Notes under the pieces: model-generated
The model's input: only the letters and a program-made list of their open reading frames with translations
Told to the model about the DNA's origin: nothing
Database searches by the model: none
Position numbers and translations under genes: made by a program
Part shown: positions 13,884 through 26,434 of the stretch, in pieces
How positions within the stretch are numbered: position 1 is the first letter of the stretch
How the letters are laid out: each line of letters begins with the position of its first letter
NCBI GenBank assembly: GCA_964016885.1
Contig: OZ024745.1
Location: 36,084,001 to 36,148,000, forward strand
DNA from: Eledone cirrhosa
Taxonomy: Eukaryota
Reading direction: 5' to 3'
Length of the DNA stretch: 64,000 nucleotides

Positions 13884-13974
13884 ATATATATATATATTAA
13901 TATTAATATAATATTTTATACACAATCATACACACCCGTGTATATTTATCTATCTCTCTCTCTATATATATATA

Positions 13975-16900
13975 GAAGAAGTCGTAGACTAATATTCTAT
14001 TAGGTGGTTCATGGAGACGTTCTCTTGCAATGAATGGAAAAATGTAGATAATACGTCATATGTGGAACGAGGAGAAGAATTGCACGCAAAGACAAAACCA
14101 CGTAAATGGTATAACTGAATTCGTAGACTAAAATTCTAACTAGGAAACCGAATGATTCTCGGCTTCAGAGTTAAGAATAAAGTAAATAAAATACAGAGGT
14201 AATTGAAATAAATAAATACATACACGCATCCATATACGTACATACACAAGCATACGCGAAAACACTCGCCATAGGTATACAAATACAAGCACGTACACAA
14301 ACAAACCCGCACGCACATACAGAACCCACGCAACACCTGTACCCGCACACATACGAATGTATACACCAAATACACATAAAAATGTATATAAATATATATA
14401 TATATATGTGTGTGTTCGTATAATTAAATAAACGTATATAAATAAATAAATACGTATATAACGCGCGCGCACACATACCGTCATGTAAAACACATATGTT
14501 CGGAGACCTACGTCAACCAAAACACAAAGTACACATATACACACACCCTACATACGTACGAACCCGCATACTCACACAGACGCAAAACTCGCGTATACAC
14601 ATAACCAAATGCGTATGTACCAGAATATATAATATATACGCCATAACATATACAATCAAATACACGTACGAGAATGTTTACGTACCTTCACAAAACATAC
14701 AGGTAATATATACGTACCTATACAAATAAGTAATGTTATAAACATAACATATATTTAGCTATCACATCAATGCGTAAAATATCCGCTTATAGTTCGTACT
14801 ATCCGTTAGGGTATAATGTAGGGCTGTAATACAGGAGAGTTTTGTGTAATTTATGTTTACAAGCTGAAATTGCTTCAGACTTTTTGTTTAAGATGTGGTC
14901 TTTGGCGTAGAGTATATCCAGGGCCTCAGCGGCGGAGAGGTCACATTGTCTTTTATTTCCGTTATACGATCTAGCCTCAGCTAGGATCTCCCAGTGTAAC
15001 TTATATTGGGTGTGGTTTTCTTTTAGACTCCAGATATAAGCTGAAAGTGACGTCATATTCCTTCATAAAGGGTTAAGAAAAGAATGGGTATGCATGTAAA
15101 GATGCTGCTTGAATCTATTGGCAGTTAACCCTATAAAGGCCCTACGGGCCGTGGGTGTTTCTACTTTACATTTGTAGACAATGTTACTAGAGAGGCATTT
15201 CCCGGATAGGGGGCAGTCAACCCGATTCCTACAATTACAGTTAGTACTAGCTACAGGGTTGCACGTGTTCCTACGGCTAGGTAGTTTAGCTAAATTTGAA
15301 GCTGTGATATTATTTGCAAAGTTAGGAGTCGTAGAGTAAGAAATTTTAATGGTATTTCTATTAAAAATGTTACTATATTTATGTGCTGGGGGAAAATGCT
15401 TCACAATAAGGGAGAGAAAGATATTAGCTAAAGGTGTGGCCACCTCCTTATTATATGGTGGGTTATACCATATAATGCGTCGGGATCTATTTTTCTAGGT
15501 CTATTCTCGTACTCTGTATATGCTACCTTATCGACAAATACACTCCGAGAAAGAGCTTCATTGTAATATGTGGAATGGTCGTTGAAAATATGCTCGTTAG
15601 TAGATAGACGGGAAAGCCTCAAAGAAACGTTTCTTACCAGGTTCTTGGTTATGCTGGCAGGAGGGTTAGAATGCTTACTTATGTAAATAAGCGTATCACT
15701 CGGCTTTCTATACGGGTAGTGCAAGCCATTCGACAAATTGAGAGTAACATCGAGGTAATTAACAACCGAGAGGTTGGCCTCAACCTGTATGGAGAGGTTG
15801 AAGCCTTTAAAGAAGGCTGTGAGTTCTTTTCTGAACCTGTCGCAAGCACGTGGGCCGCACTTTGTCATGGTCAAAAGACCATCATCACGGTACAAACCAC
15901 CGCCCATGTTGGGGAATTCTTCCTTGATAGACAAAAGAAGGGAAAGGCCGATAAGATCAGTAACCTCCGCAAAATCGCTGGCGCCCATACTCAAGTCGAA
16001 TGGGGTACTATTATATTTTTTAATTCAAATAGAGTCGTCGAAATTAAACACCGACTTACGCGCATTGAAGATGACATCAACTTCGAAATCCTAACCACTG
16101 TGAATGTTTTAGCGAAATTGATAGCTCTAAGGAGAAGTGCTAAAGTGATGGAGGAGTAGTAATTATTGATGTCGAATTGGATAAAACGGCAATGTTCCTT
16201 GTTGCATATGCCGTTGAACCAATCAATCACCGCGAAAGAATTGTTACATGGTGCAAGAGCGACCAAACTTCTAATTTCATGTATAATTCTATCTAAAATC
16301 CTTTTATTAAGTCTACCTAAATCTCACTTCGTAGGGTTAATAAGCCGAATAGAAGGGCTGTTCGGGAAATTGGATTTGTGATCCTTCAGGGTAAAGTGGG
16401 GCGAAATAGGGTCCAGAGGTTCAGGCCAGGATGTTCAGATCAGAGGTGATTTTAAGCCCAGCATCGTTGATTTCATTAATGACGCTCCGATTAGTTTTAC
16501 GGTAATCCTTAGTTACAGCATTATGTAGCAGTTGATAGTAAGTACTGCGCTCCACTTGATATAGATTGCCAGTTTTGTCGGGATGGACGTGCACGGCATT
16601 AGAATCCTTAATAGAACGAATTCTATTCTTCGGGTCCTTGGAAGGAATTGCTCCTATTCCGAAATTTGATACTCCGTATGAGTTCCAAGAGATCATTTTC
16701 GAAGGGTAGAAATGCTGGGTTACTCGGAGGGTTATTATAGGTTTTAAACCCAAATTTATCCTGTTTCTTGTCTGCTTTTCCCTGATTATTGAAATAAAAG
16801 GCACGCCAACACAACCTTTTAATGAATGCGTCTGTTTTCTGAATCAGGAGTTTTAGGTATGTTTTCCTGCATGGTACGGGTATGTATTTTGTAGAAATAT

Positions 16901-17418
16901 TCAGATGTTGTTTCTGCATGATGAATATGAGTCAAAAGAATGCTCAAAAGAGTGCTCAACCGAGGGAGCCAAATAGTAATAATAATAAATTTGAAGACTA
17001 ACTTCCAAAGAGGGCTCGATAAGGATGAATATAAACGTGGTTTTGTCTTTGCGCGTAATTGTTTTTCAACGCTCCAAATAATGACGTATTATCTTAGTTT
17101 TATCCCGTTCTTTGCCAGGGAACCTTTCCACGAACCAAAGTATCATCTTCCTGTCGTCCTCCGGTTGCAACGTTTTTTTAAATATTTACTTCTGCGTTCA
17201 CAGATTGACTTTTTTAGTTTCAGAAGATTCCGTTAAGCGTCAAAGCAGCGATTCGTTGCTTAAACTTTAATCTGTTATTTTAATAAATATTTGCTCTACG
17301 GTTCTTATATATTTGATATATATTTATCCTTATCGAGCCCTCTTTGGATTTTAGTCTTCAAATTTTTTATTATTACTATTTGGCTCCTTCGAACCAGCAC
17401 TCTTTTGACTTATATTGG
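13975..17418 (-). mobile_element. Near full-length Naiad-type PLE with inverted 5' pLTR (17031-17418)
   Basis: ORF fragments span 14799-16919. The pLTR sequence is shared with 22797-23582 and 4667-4825. 16930-17030 mirrors ~17320-17418. Confidence 0.88.
14799..16919 (-). pseudogene. Naiad RT + GIY-YIG ORF (frameshifted)
   Basis: MQKQHLNISTKYIP, DKTGNLY, FIQFDINNYYSSI, SMGASDFAEVTDLIG, YRDDGL, CNCRNRVDCPLSGKC, FIGLTANRFKQ, SACKHK. Confidence 0.92.
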
Positions 17419-17594
17419 AATATAAAGTGGAATTATAAGCTGTTCCACAATATATATATGGACAACATGTCGTATTTTAAAGCTGTCGCAAAAACTCGTA
17501 CCTTAAGTTAATGGATAGCTAAGCGGGGGTAGTTGTGAATGAAATATTCATAAGTTGCTAAATAGATGCTTAATTTCCGCTTATTATTATTATG

Positions 17595-18268
<674 letters not shown>

Positions 18269-18296
18269 GTATGTATGTATATATATATATATATAT

Positions 18297-19330
18297 ATTG
18301 CAGTGTTTAGGCAACCACGTTACCTTTTTATACAACACTGACACAGGAGCGATGTACTAGTTTCAAGCTTATCAGCTATCGTCAGCATCGTATACCTTCC
18401 TGCCAGATGGTTGAACGTCTGAAAGTATATACTTTCCTTATGCATATTAACGGCTGAGCAGCCTAATTTGCATATCGAGTGAGTTCAGTCGGCCGGGCAC
18501 ACCGAAAACGATAAATGGAAAAAAATGAAACGAAATTTAATTTCTCACTCTTAGAACGGCACTTACTTACTTGTAAGTATTTATGTATGTATACGTACAT
18601 ATATATATGTATATAGACGTTCGCCTCAGCATGGCCTCAGCCGGATGGCTGAAACAGGTAAAAGAGGGTAAAAGAGAATATATACATGCACACATATATA
18701 TATGCATGTATCGGTTTACCGAAAATTCATTATAATGCTCGGTTTGTTTGTTTGTAAAGAAACAAACAGCCCGAATTACGCCACGTCACCATTTTATTCA
18801 ACACTGACACAGGAACGATGTACTAGTTTCAAGCTTATTAGCTATCGTCAGCATCGTATACCTTCCTGTCAGATGGTTGAACGTCTGAAAGTATATACTT
18901 TCCTTATGCATATTAACGGCTGAGCAGCCTAATTTGCATATCGAGTGAGTTCAGTCAGCCGGGCACACCGAAAACGATAAATGGAATAAAATGAAACGAA
19001 ATTTCATTTCTCACTCTTAATACGGCACTTACTTACTTGTAAGTATGTATGTATGTATACGTACATACATATATGTATATAGACGTAGAGTAGTATGTAT
19101 ATATATATACATGCACACATATATATATATGCACGTATCAGTTTACCGAACATTTATTATAATGCTCGGTTTGTTCGTTTGTAAACAAACAAAGAGCCCG
19201 AATTACGCCGTACAGTGTTTAGGCAACAACGTCACCTTTTTGTTCAACACTGGCACAGGAACGCTGTACTAGTTTCAAGCTTATTAGCTATCGTCAGCAT
19301 CGTATACCTTCCTGCCAGATGGTTGAATGT
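18297..19330 (-). repeat. ORF-less tandem array (~446-466 bp unit) with 3 hammerheads
   Basis: HHRs at 18350-18390, 18816-18856 and 19262-19302: CGATG-CTGACGA-T-AGCT....AGCT-T-GAAAC-TA-GTA-CATCG. Confidence 0.85.
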
Positions 19331-19391
19331 ATTTATATATATATATAAATATATATATGTAAATATATATATATAAATATAGATATATAGA

Positions 19392-19540
<149 letters not shown>

Positions 19541-19589
19541 ATATATGTATATATATATATATATATCCTAACTCGTGTGCTTCCTCTTC

Positions 19590-19735
19590 AGAAGTTTACG
19601 ATCTGAGTTCAAATCCGGCCGAGGTTAACTCTGCCTTTCATCCTTTCGGGGGTCGATAAAAAAAGAACCAGTAATGTACTAGGTAATTGCTGGCCTTGTG
19701 CCTAAAATAGAAACAATTATTATTATTCTTATTAT
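19590..19735 (+). mobile_element. SINE copy, 5'-truncated
   Basis: ctgagttcaaatcc.gccgagg...ggccttgtgcctaaaatagaaacaattattatt. Confidence 0.85.
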
Positions 19736-19822
19736 TATAATATATATGTATATATATATATATATGCATATATACATATATATATATGTATATATACATA
19801 TATATATATGTATATATACATA

Positions 19823-20197
19823 TTATTATACTTTGGGAGTGTCATGTTGCCAATAAGAAACACACGCACCAGTCACTTTCACTCCAATTTATTATAAATT
19901 AAATTTATAAATTTAAGAATTTATAAATTTCGGGTTGGTTGGTAGGTTCCACAACCGGACGGTTGTTCATATATTGTCAAAGTTCTTTCGTCACACATTG
20001 TGTGACCTCTTCAGTGACCGGGGATACTTTTCTTTGTTTTGTGCCTCTCCTTTGTTCTGAATTACGCCAAGAAAATACAAGATGGTGTTGGATAGAACAA
20101 AGGAGAGGCACAACACAAAGAAAAGAATCCCCAGTCGCTGAATAGGTCACATAATGTGTGACGAAAGAACTTTGACAATATATGAACAACCGTCCGG
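19823..20197. mobile_element. Fold-back solo pLTR (family of 8325-8987) with HHR 19976-20018 (-)
   Basis: Diverged inverted arms 19955-20058 and 20093-20197. GTCA-CTGAAGA-G-GTCACACaatGTGTGAC-GAAAG-AA-CTT-TGAC. Confidence 0.8.
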
Positions 20198-20464
20198 CAT
20201 TTTTATGCAGTATCAAATGGTAGTGATATGTATTGGTGTACAATTGTGATGTTCCACATGTTAAAAGTAATGGTGCAGCAAGAATAATGTTATTCACAAA
20301 CAAGGTTTATGAAATGAAAATAAAAAAGAAAAAAAGAGACGTAATATGGAGCATAAAAAGTCAATGTGAAAGAAAAAATAATTTTATGTACAGGCATAGT
20401 TCTTGAAGTTAAACAGATCAAAATGTGTTAATATAGCAAGGGTGCTTAGTTGATCCATGATTCC

Positions 20465-20529
<65 letters not shown>

Positions 20530-20534
<5 letters not shown>

Positions 20535-21165
20535 AATGATGGTTGGCAAATCCCTGATGAGGGACTAATTTTATACTATGTAATCCATGTGAAACCATGC
20601 AGTATTCTTCTCCCCTTGTTTTTCATATATATTTACCTAAACTGCGATTATCTGTTTCTCTCTTTCTCTCTTACTGCTCCCCCGTTCTCTCTGTTTCCCT
20701 TACTCTCTTTCACCCCCTCTGTCAGTTAACACTTTCTCTCGACTGACCTCTTCCTCGCACTTCCACTCACTCACACTCTGTTTCTCCCCTTCTCACTTCC
20801 TCCCGTTCGCTAGTAGTGGTGTTCCTTCTTTCTCACACCGCATTCAAGGCGTACGGTCTGCTTCTCTGACCGCTCATGAAATTCACCCAGCTTATGCTGA
20901 TCGGATAACTATCATGTTGCTTGCTGTTTTCCCAAACTTCGGTTTGCTTTTCCTTCTGTTGTTTACTTGTCTCACTCGTTTTACGCGTTTCACTTGTCCC
21001 AATAGCTTATTTTAGTTATTTCTCGCACCAACCTGAGGTATCTGATTTTTAATGCGATGGAATACCAATGATGGTTGGCAAATCACTGATGAGGGACTAA
21101 TTTTATAATATGTAATCCATGTGCAACCATGCAGTATTCTTCTCTCCTTGTTTTTCATATATATA
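20530..21165 (+). repeat. Partial tandem pLTR-like unit (532-bp spacing) with HHR-like core
   Basis: A ~100-bp direct repeat at 20530 and 21062 carries CTGATGA...GAAACcatgcaGTA. Bounded by (TA)n. Confidence 0.6.
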
Positions 21166-21370
21166 CAAATATAAATTAGCGAGAATCGTATTTCGGCTTT
21201 GGAAATTAGCGAAAAACAACTTCCGAGATGTGTGGCAAGAGTTCAATAATTCTAACGAACCAGAGCTACAACATACATTAAAAGGCCAAACACACTGAGA
21301 CGATGGTTAAACAATTATCCGCACAGCCATAGAAACGACCATGTAATTCGGATCAAACAAATAAAAAAAA

Positions 21371-21421
<51 letters not shown>

Positions 21422-22019
21422 CATATATATATATACATGACCCTCCGAAAGTATAACAATATCGGTTTCAACACACGTTTTCAGATAAAGAATCTTGCTA
21501 AACAAATTCAATGTATTTGACTGCTATTTCTTGTAAATAAACATTCACTTTCATCCTGACGTCACTAGCCCCGTTTTTCCTCATGTGCTTTTTCATAATA
21601 ACATAGTTAGAATTCCCTTTTTCGGATTATAATACTGTGAGAGCCCTGGTTTTTGTTGAGCTCTGCTGACGATTGAAATCCAACCGTGACCATCTCCACT
21701 GAAGGTTTTCATGAAATAGTCTTTTAAGACTATACAGAGCATTTGATGTTATTCCAAATTGAAGGATAAGTATTTTAAACTTTATTTTATCATGAGTTAA
21801 AGGTCTATTGATTTTTCCCTGGATTTCACTAAATTCTGTGGATGAATTTGTATCCTGATTCTCTTTTGAGATGAGTTTGAATTATTTTTCCTAAATCTTA
21901 CGTTAACTACTTTTCCCATCTTGACGTTATAGTCGCATACATGTTATAGAATACTATTAGCTTTTCGCTAAAACAATCTCTATACCTCTCATTTATATAT
22001 ATATATATATATATATATA

Positions 22020-22081
<62 letters not shown>

Positions 22082-22237
22082 TATACATATATATATCGTT
22101 TTTGAATGTGTTTAGCAAGATTCTCTATCTGAAAACGTGTGTTGAAACCGATATTGTTATACTTTGGGAGGGTCATGTTGTCAATAAGGAACACACATAT
22201 ATATGTATATATATGTATATAAAAAAATTATTATTAT

Positions 22238-22267
<30 letters not shown>

Positions 22268-22274
<7 letters not shown>

Positions 22275-22638
22275 AAAATTGAACAGGAACAAAACAGAGA
22301 GGCAGTACGAACAAAGGTTTATTAATTTCACGCTCTTGAGAGTGGGGTGGTGGTGGCGTTTTGGGCATAAGCCCTTCTTCAGGTGAAAAGTGTGTGGGAA
22401 AAGAGTTCAAAGGGTGTATAGGGGAGTGGTGGAGAGACATATTGCAAAAAGGGGTTGAGAGAAAACGGTGCAAATGAAATTAAAAATAAAGGCATGATCA
22501 AAATAAAATTAAAATGGGGCAAAACAGGTGGTGGAAGGGTGTGGGGCGTGTAGGGGTGGTGCAGGGTGGAGTGGGGATAGGGAAACGGGTTGTCCGAGCG
22601 GGGAGGGCTGAAGGTGGTGTGTGTGTCTAGGTGTACGT

Positions 22639-22677
<39 letters not shown>

Positions 22678-22795
22678 AAAGCAAGTGTTGGGGGAAGAGC
22701 GGTGTTGCATGTTCAGGAAGAGGTGTGTGTGGGGTGGGGTGTAGGTCGGAGTGTGGGTAGAGCGGTGGGGGGAGAGGATTCCGGAGGCTGAATGT
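22268..22795 (-). repeat. Solo pLTR family with HHR-like core (also 55996-56110 + and 63860-64000 -)
   Basis: CTGA(A/T)GA-A-GGGCttatGCCC-(G/A)AAAC is shared by three copies. The cleavage triplet is not resolved. Confidence 0.65.
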
Positions 22796-22796
22796 G

Positions 22797-23582
22797 TAAA
22801 TATTAAAATAACAGATTAAAGTTCAAGCAAAGTATCGCTGCTTATCTGGATCTTCTGAAACTAAAAAAGTCAATCTGTGAATGCAGAAGTAAATATTTCA
22901 AAAAACGTTGCAACCAGAGTAAGACAGGAATACGATACTTTGGTTTGTGGAAACGTTCCCTGGCAAAGAACGGGAAAAAACAAATATAATACGACACTAT
23001 TTGGATGGGTGAAAAACAATTACGCGCAAAGACAAAATCACGTTTATGGTATAAAAGAAGTCGTAGACTAATATTCTATTGGGTGGTTCATGGAGACTCT
23101 CTCTGGCAATGAACGGAAAAAACGAAGATAATCCGTCATATGTGGAGCGGGGAGAACAATTGCATACAAAGACAAAATCACGTAAATTGCGTGCAATTGT
23201 TCTCCCTGCTCGACATATGACGTATTATCTTCGTTTTTTCAGGTTCTGTGCCAGGGAACGTTTCCACGAACCAAAATATCGTCTTCCTGTCTTCCTCCGG
23301 TTGCAACGTTTTTTGAAATATTTATTTCTGCGTTCACAGATTGACTTTTTTAGTTTCAGAAGATCCCGTTAAGCGCCAAACAGCGATTCTTTGCTTAAAC
23401 TTTAATCTGTTATTTTAATAAATATTTACTCTACGGTTCTTATATATTTGATATATATTCATCCTTATCGAGCCCTCCTTGGATTTTAGTCTTCAAATTT
23501 ATTAATATTACTATTTGGGTCCCTCGGTTGAGCACTCTTTTGACTTATATTCATCATGCAGAAACAACATCTGAATATTTCT
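22797..23582. mobile_element. Fold-back Naiad pLTR pair including the first codons of the ORF
   Basis: 22797-23188 (-) and 23189-23582 (+) match 17031-17418. ATGCAGAAACAACATCTGAATATT at 23556 equals the ORF start at 16919. Confidence 0.8.
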
Positions 23583-23854
23583 GAATATCATAATATTGAT
23601 CTTGTCACTTTTATTAAAACATCTCTATTCCAATGTGACTGCCGAACATGGTCTTTCGTATCTTGAGCTGAACTATTACGAAACGTTCATTTAAATATGT
23701 ATAATATGCTAAATATATATTTCATCCCCGTTTGCCTATTTTCAATACTCTGCATATTACAGCTACCAATGAGTTATAACGATACGTAGTTTGATCTACA
23801 TAATAGCATAATAGCATCGAGTGCTCAAATTGGCAATCCATCAGTAACTTAACG

Positions 23855-23898
<44 letters not shown>

Positions 23899-23916
23899 TA
23901 TTAATTTAACAATGAA

Positions 23917-24101
23917 AATAATTGTTTCTACTTTTGGCACACGGTCAGCTATTACCCCAGTGCATTACTGGTATTTTATTTTATCGACCCTGTAAGGATG
24001 AAACGCAAAGTAAATCTCGGCGGGATTTGAACTTAGAACGTAAAGGGTCATGTCACTCAGCTGCAAGGCATGTTAGTCTGACCCTCTACCGATACGGCCA
24101 A
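23917..24101 (-). mobile_element. SINE copy
   Basis: ataattgtttctacttt.ggcac...ttatcgaccc...cggcgggatttgaact...accctctaccgatac. Confidence 0.85.
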
Positions 24102-24680
24102 ATGAAAATAATAACAACAAAGTTGTATTGTTATAATTTTCAATGTTAAATTAATACCTAATATCTGACTCTGTACCTAAGGAATTAACTCAGCGGAACA
24201 CGATACCTTTCTATGGATTTCATTGGATTACTCGCCATCGGATTGCATTAAGTTTTATCTACGGTATGGTTCCTACCACCAAGGGTAGACCACATTGAAA
24301 AAAAAAATATATATATCATATGAGAGAGAGAGAGAGAGAGGGGGGGGGGGGGGGGATAATAACAATTGCACGATTGCAACTTTTTGCGGAACTTTATTTC
24401 ATATTAGAATTGATTATATATCTGTCAGCACGGGTTTAAACATGCGATTAGATCCCTCTCTTAATCGACACTTCTACATATATCATCGATATAGAAACAA
24501 TTGTATGAAATAAAGTTTCACAAAAAGTTTCAATTCTTATTGTCACTCAATATATACACTCTGGAAACTACAGCCGCCTAAAACGTGGAGCTTAAGCCAA
24601 CGAGAGACGGGCCTAGTAACAGTATAGTATGCTTCGAACAGCGTCGCCACTAGAAAGCACATGTTACTCACATAGTAAGC

Positions 24681-24731
<51 letters not shown>

Positions 24732-24823
24732 GTATATACATATATATATGTATATACATATATATATGTATATATATGTATATACATATATATACATATA
24801 TATATATATATCCATATATTTAT

Positions 24824-24879
<56 letters not shown>

Positions 24880-25021
24880 GTGAGGTTTTTTTTACAAATT
24901 GAAAAATAACCGAGGTGTCCTACACGAGTGAAAGTATAAAGAAAAAGAGATGAAATCGAAAATGCAACTGGAGTCTTATTTATTTATTTATTTTTTTAAA
25001 ATATATATATTTATTTGGTTC

Positions 25022-25057
25022 CTTTACCGGTTTCGCAGTTCTTCTGCTTTTCAAAAG
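25022..25057 (-). ncRNA. Minimal hammerhead, U3-A8 core variant (second copy 30016-30051)
   Basis: CTT-TTGAAAA-GCAGaagaaCTGC-GAAAC-CG-GTA-AAG with palindromic ACCGGT. Confidence 0.65.
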
Positions 25058-25566
25058 TAGAGTTGAGATGGAGGGTTTGTGGTTTTTCTCACATCTGGTT
25101 GGTCTCTGAATGTTACTTGTTTTATATGGAAAAAGTGGCTCGAAATGATAGGTTTTTCAAGAAGTAATTTGATTGGTTGGTCATTAATTATAATAAATTT
25201 CGCGTTACAATGGTTCTTCAAATAAGAGGAGGGGGGGGGGGGTCATAGGTTTTTTTTTCATATACGAGTGTTTGAATTTCTTTTTACTTGAAAAAAAGGG
25301 GCTCACGAAGGCTTTTTTGGGGGGTGGTTATAAATGAAATTATGACTGCCACGTGAACAAGTTTTCATTAAATTTTCGCGCCGTTATTTGGAAATCCATT
25401 CTGTAACCGTTTTAGAGAATTTTATGATAAGTGAAAGATAATGGTCAAGAGAAATGGGATGGGAGAATTGTTCTGGTTCAGTGAATATGGTTAGTTCGCT
25501 GGGGTGTCAGAATTCAGATTTTCTATTGAATAAAGAAAGTAAAGATATGTATGTTTATTTGTGTGC

Positions 25567-25651
<85 letters not shown>

Positions 25652-25916
25652 GTGTGTGTGTGTTTGAATTTCTTTACTTAAAAAAGGTGGGTCACGAAGG
25701 CTTTTTTTTAATAAACGTGATTTGATTGGTTATAAATGAAATTTGTCAGTCTCTTGAACAAGTTTTCATTACATTTTCGCGCCCTTATTTGGAAATCTAT
25801 TCCGTAGCCTTTATAGAGAATGTAGCCTTTATAGAGAATGTAGCCTTTATAGTTCTCTGGGGTGTCAGAGTTCAGATTTTCTATTGAAGTAAAGATATGT
25901 ATGTTTATGTGTGTGC

Positions 25917-25964
<48 letters not shown>

Positions 25965-26434
25965 ATTGGAAGATGATTCTATTAGTAGAAATGGGGGAGG
26001 GAGTTGTGTGTGTGTGTATATGGGTGTTAAGTGTGTATGTGCGAGTATGTTAAGATGGAGAGAACATATATTTTGTGTGTGTGTATATATGTGTGTAGGA
26101 AAGTGGTTCCATTAGTAGAAATGGGGGAGGGAGTTGTAGGTGTGGGGGTTGTTATGTGTGTGTATGGGTGTTATGTGTGTGGGAGTATGGTTAGCATGTT
26201 AAGATGAAGAGAATATATATATATATATATTGTGTGTGTGTGTGTGTGTGTGTAGGAAAATGATTCCTTTAGTAGGAATATTTTTGAATGAACATATTTT
26301 CCTTACTTATTCGTATTTGTCCTGTTGTATTGTCAGTGCAAACGTATGTTAAGGTTTATTTAGTTCGGGTTTTTATTTTCTGAAGTAGATGTTATGTGTG
26401 TGTATGTCATATTATGGTGTTGACATAATGTATA

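Noticed and set aside
15671-16159. Plus-strand ORFs opposite PLE/LINE ORFs (also 27630-28067, and minus-strand ones at 39939-40536)
   Set aside because: Antisense shadows of retroelement coding sequence with no independent motifs.
14799-16919. Selenocysteine-encoding Naiad (known for some Naiads)
   Set aside because: The conserved Cys positions I read in the three Naiad copies were not TGA codons, and I saw no convincing SECIS.
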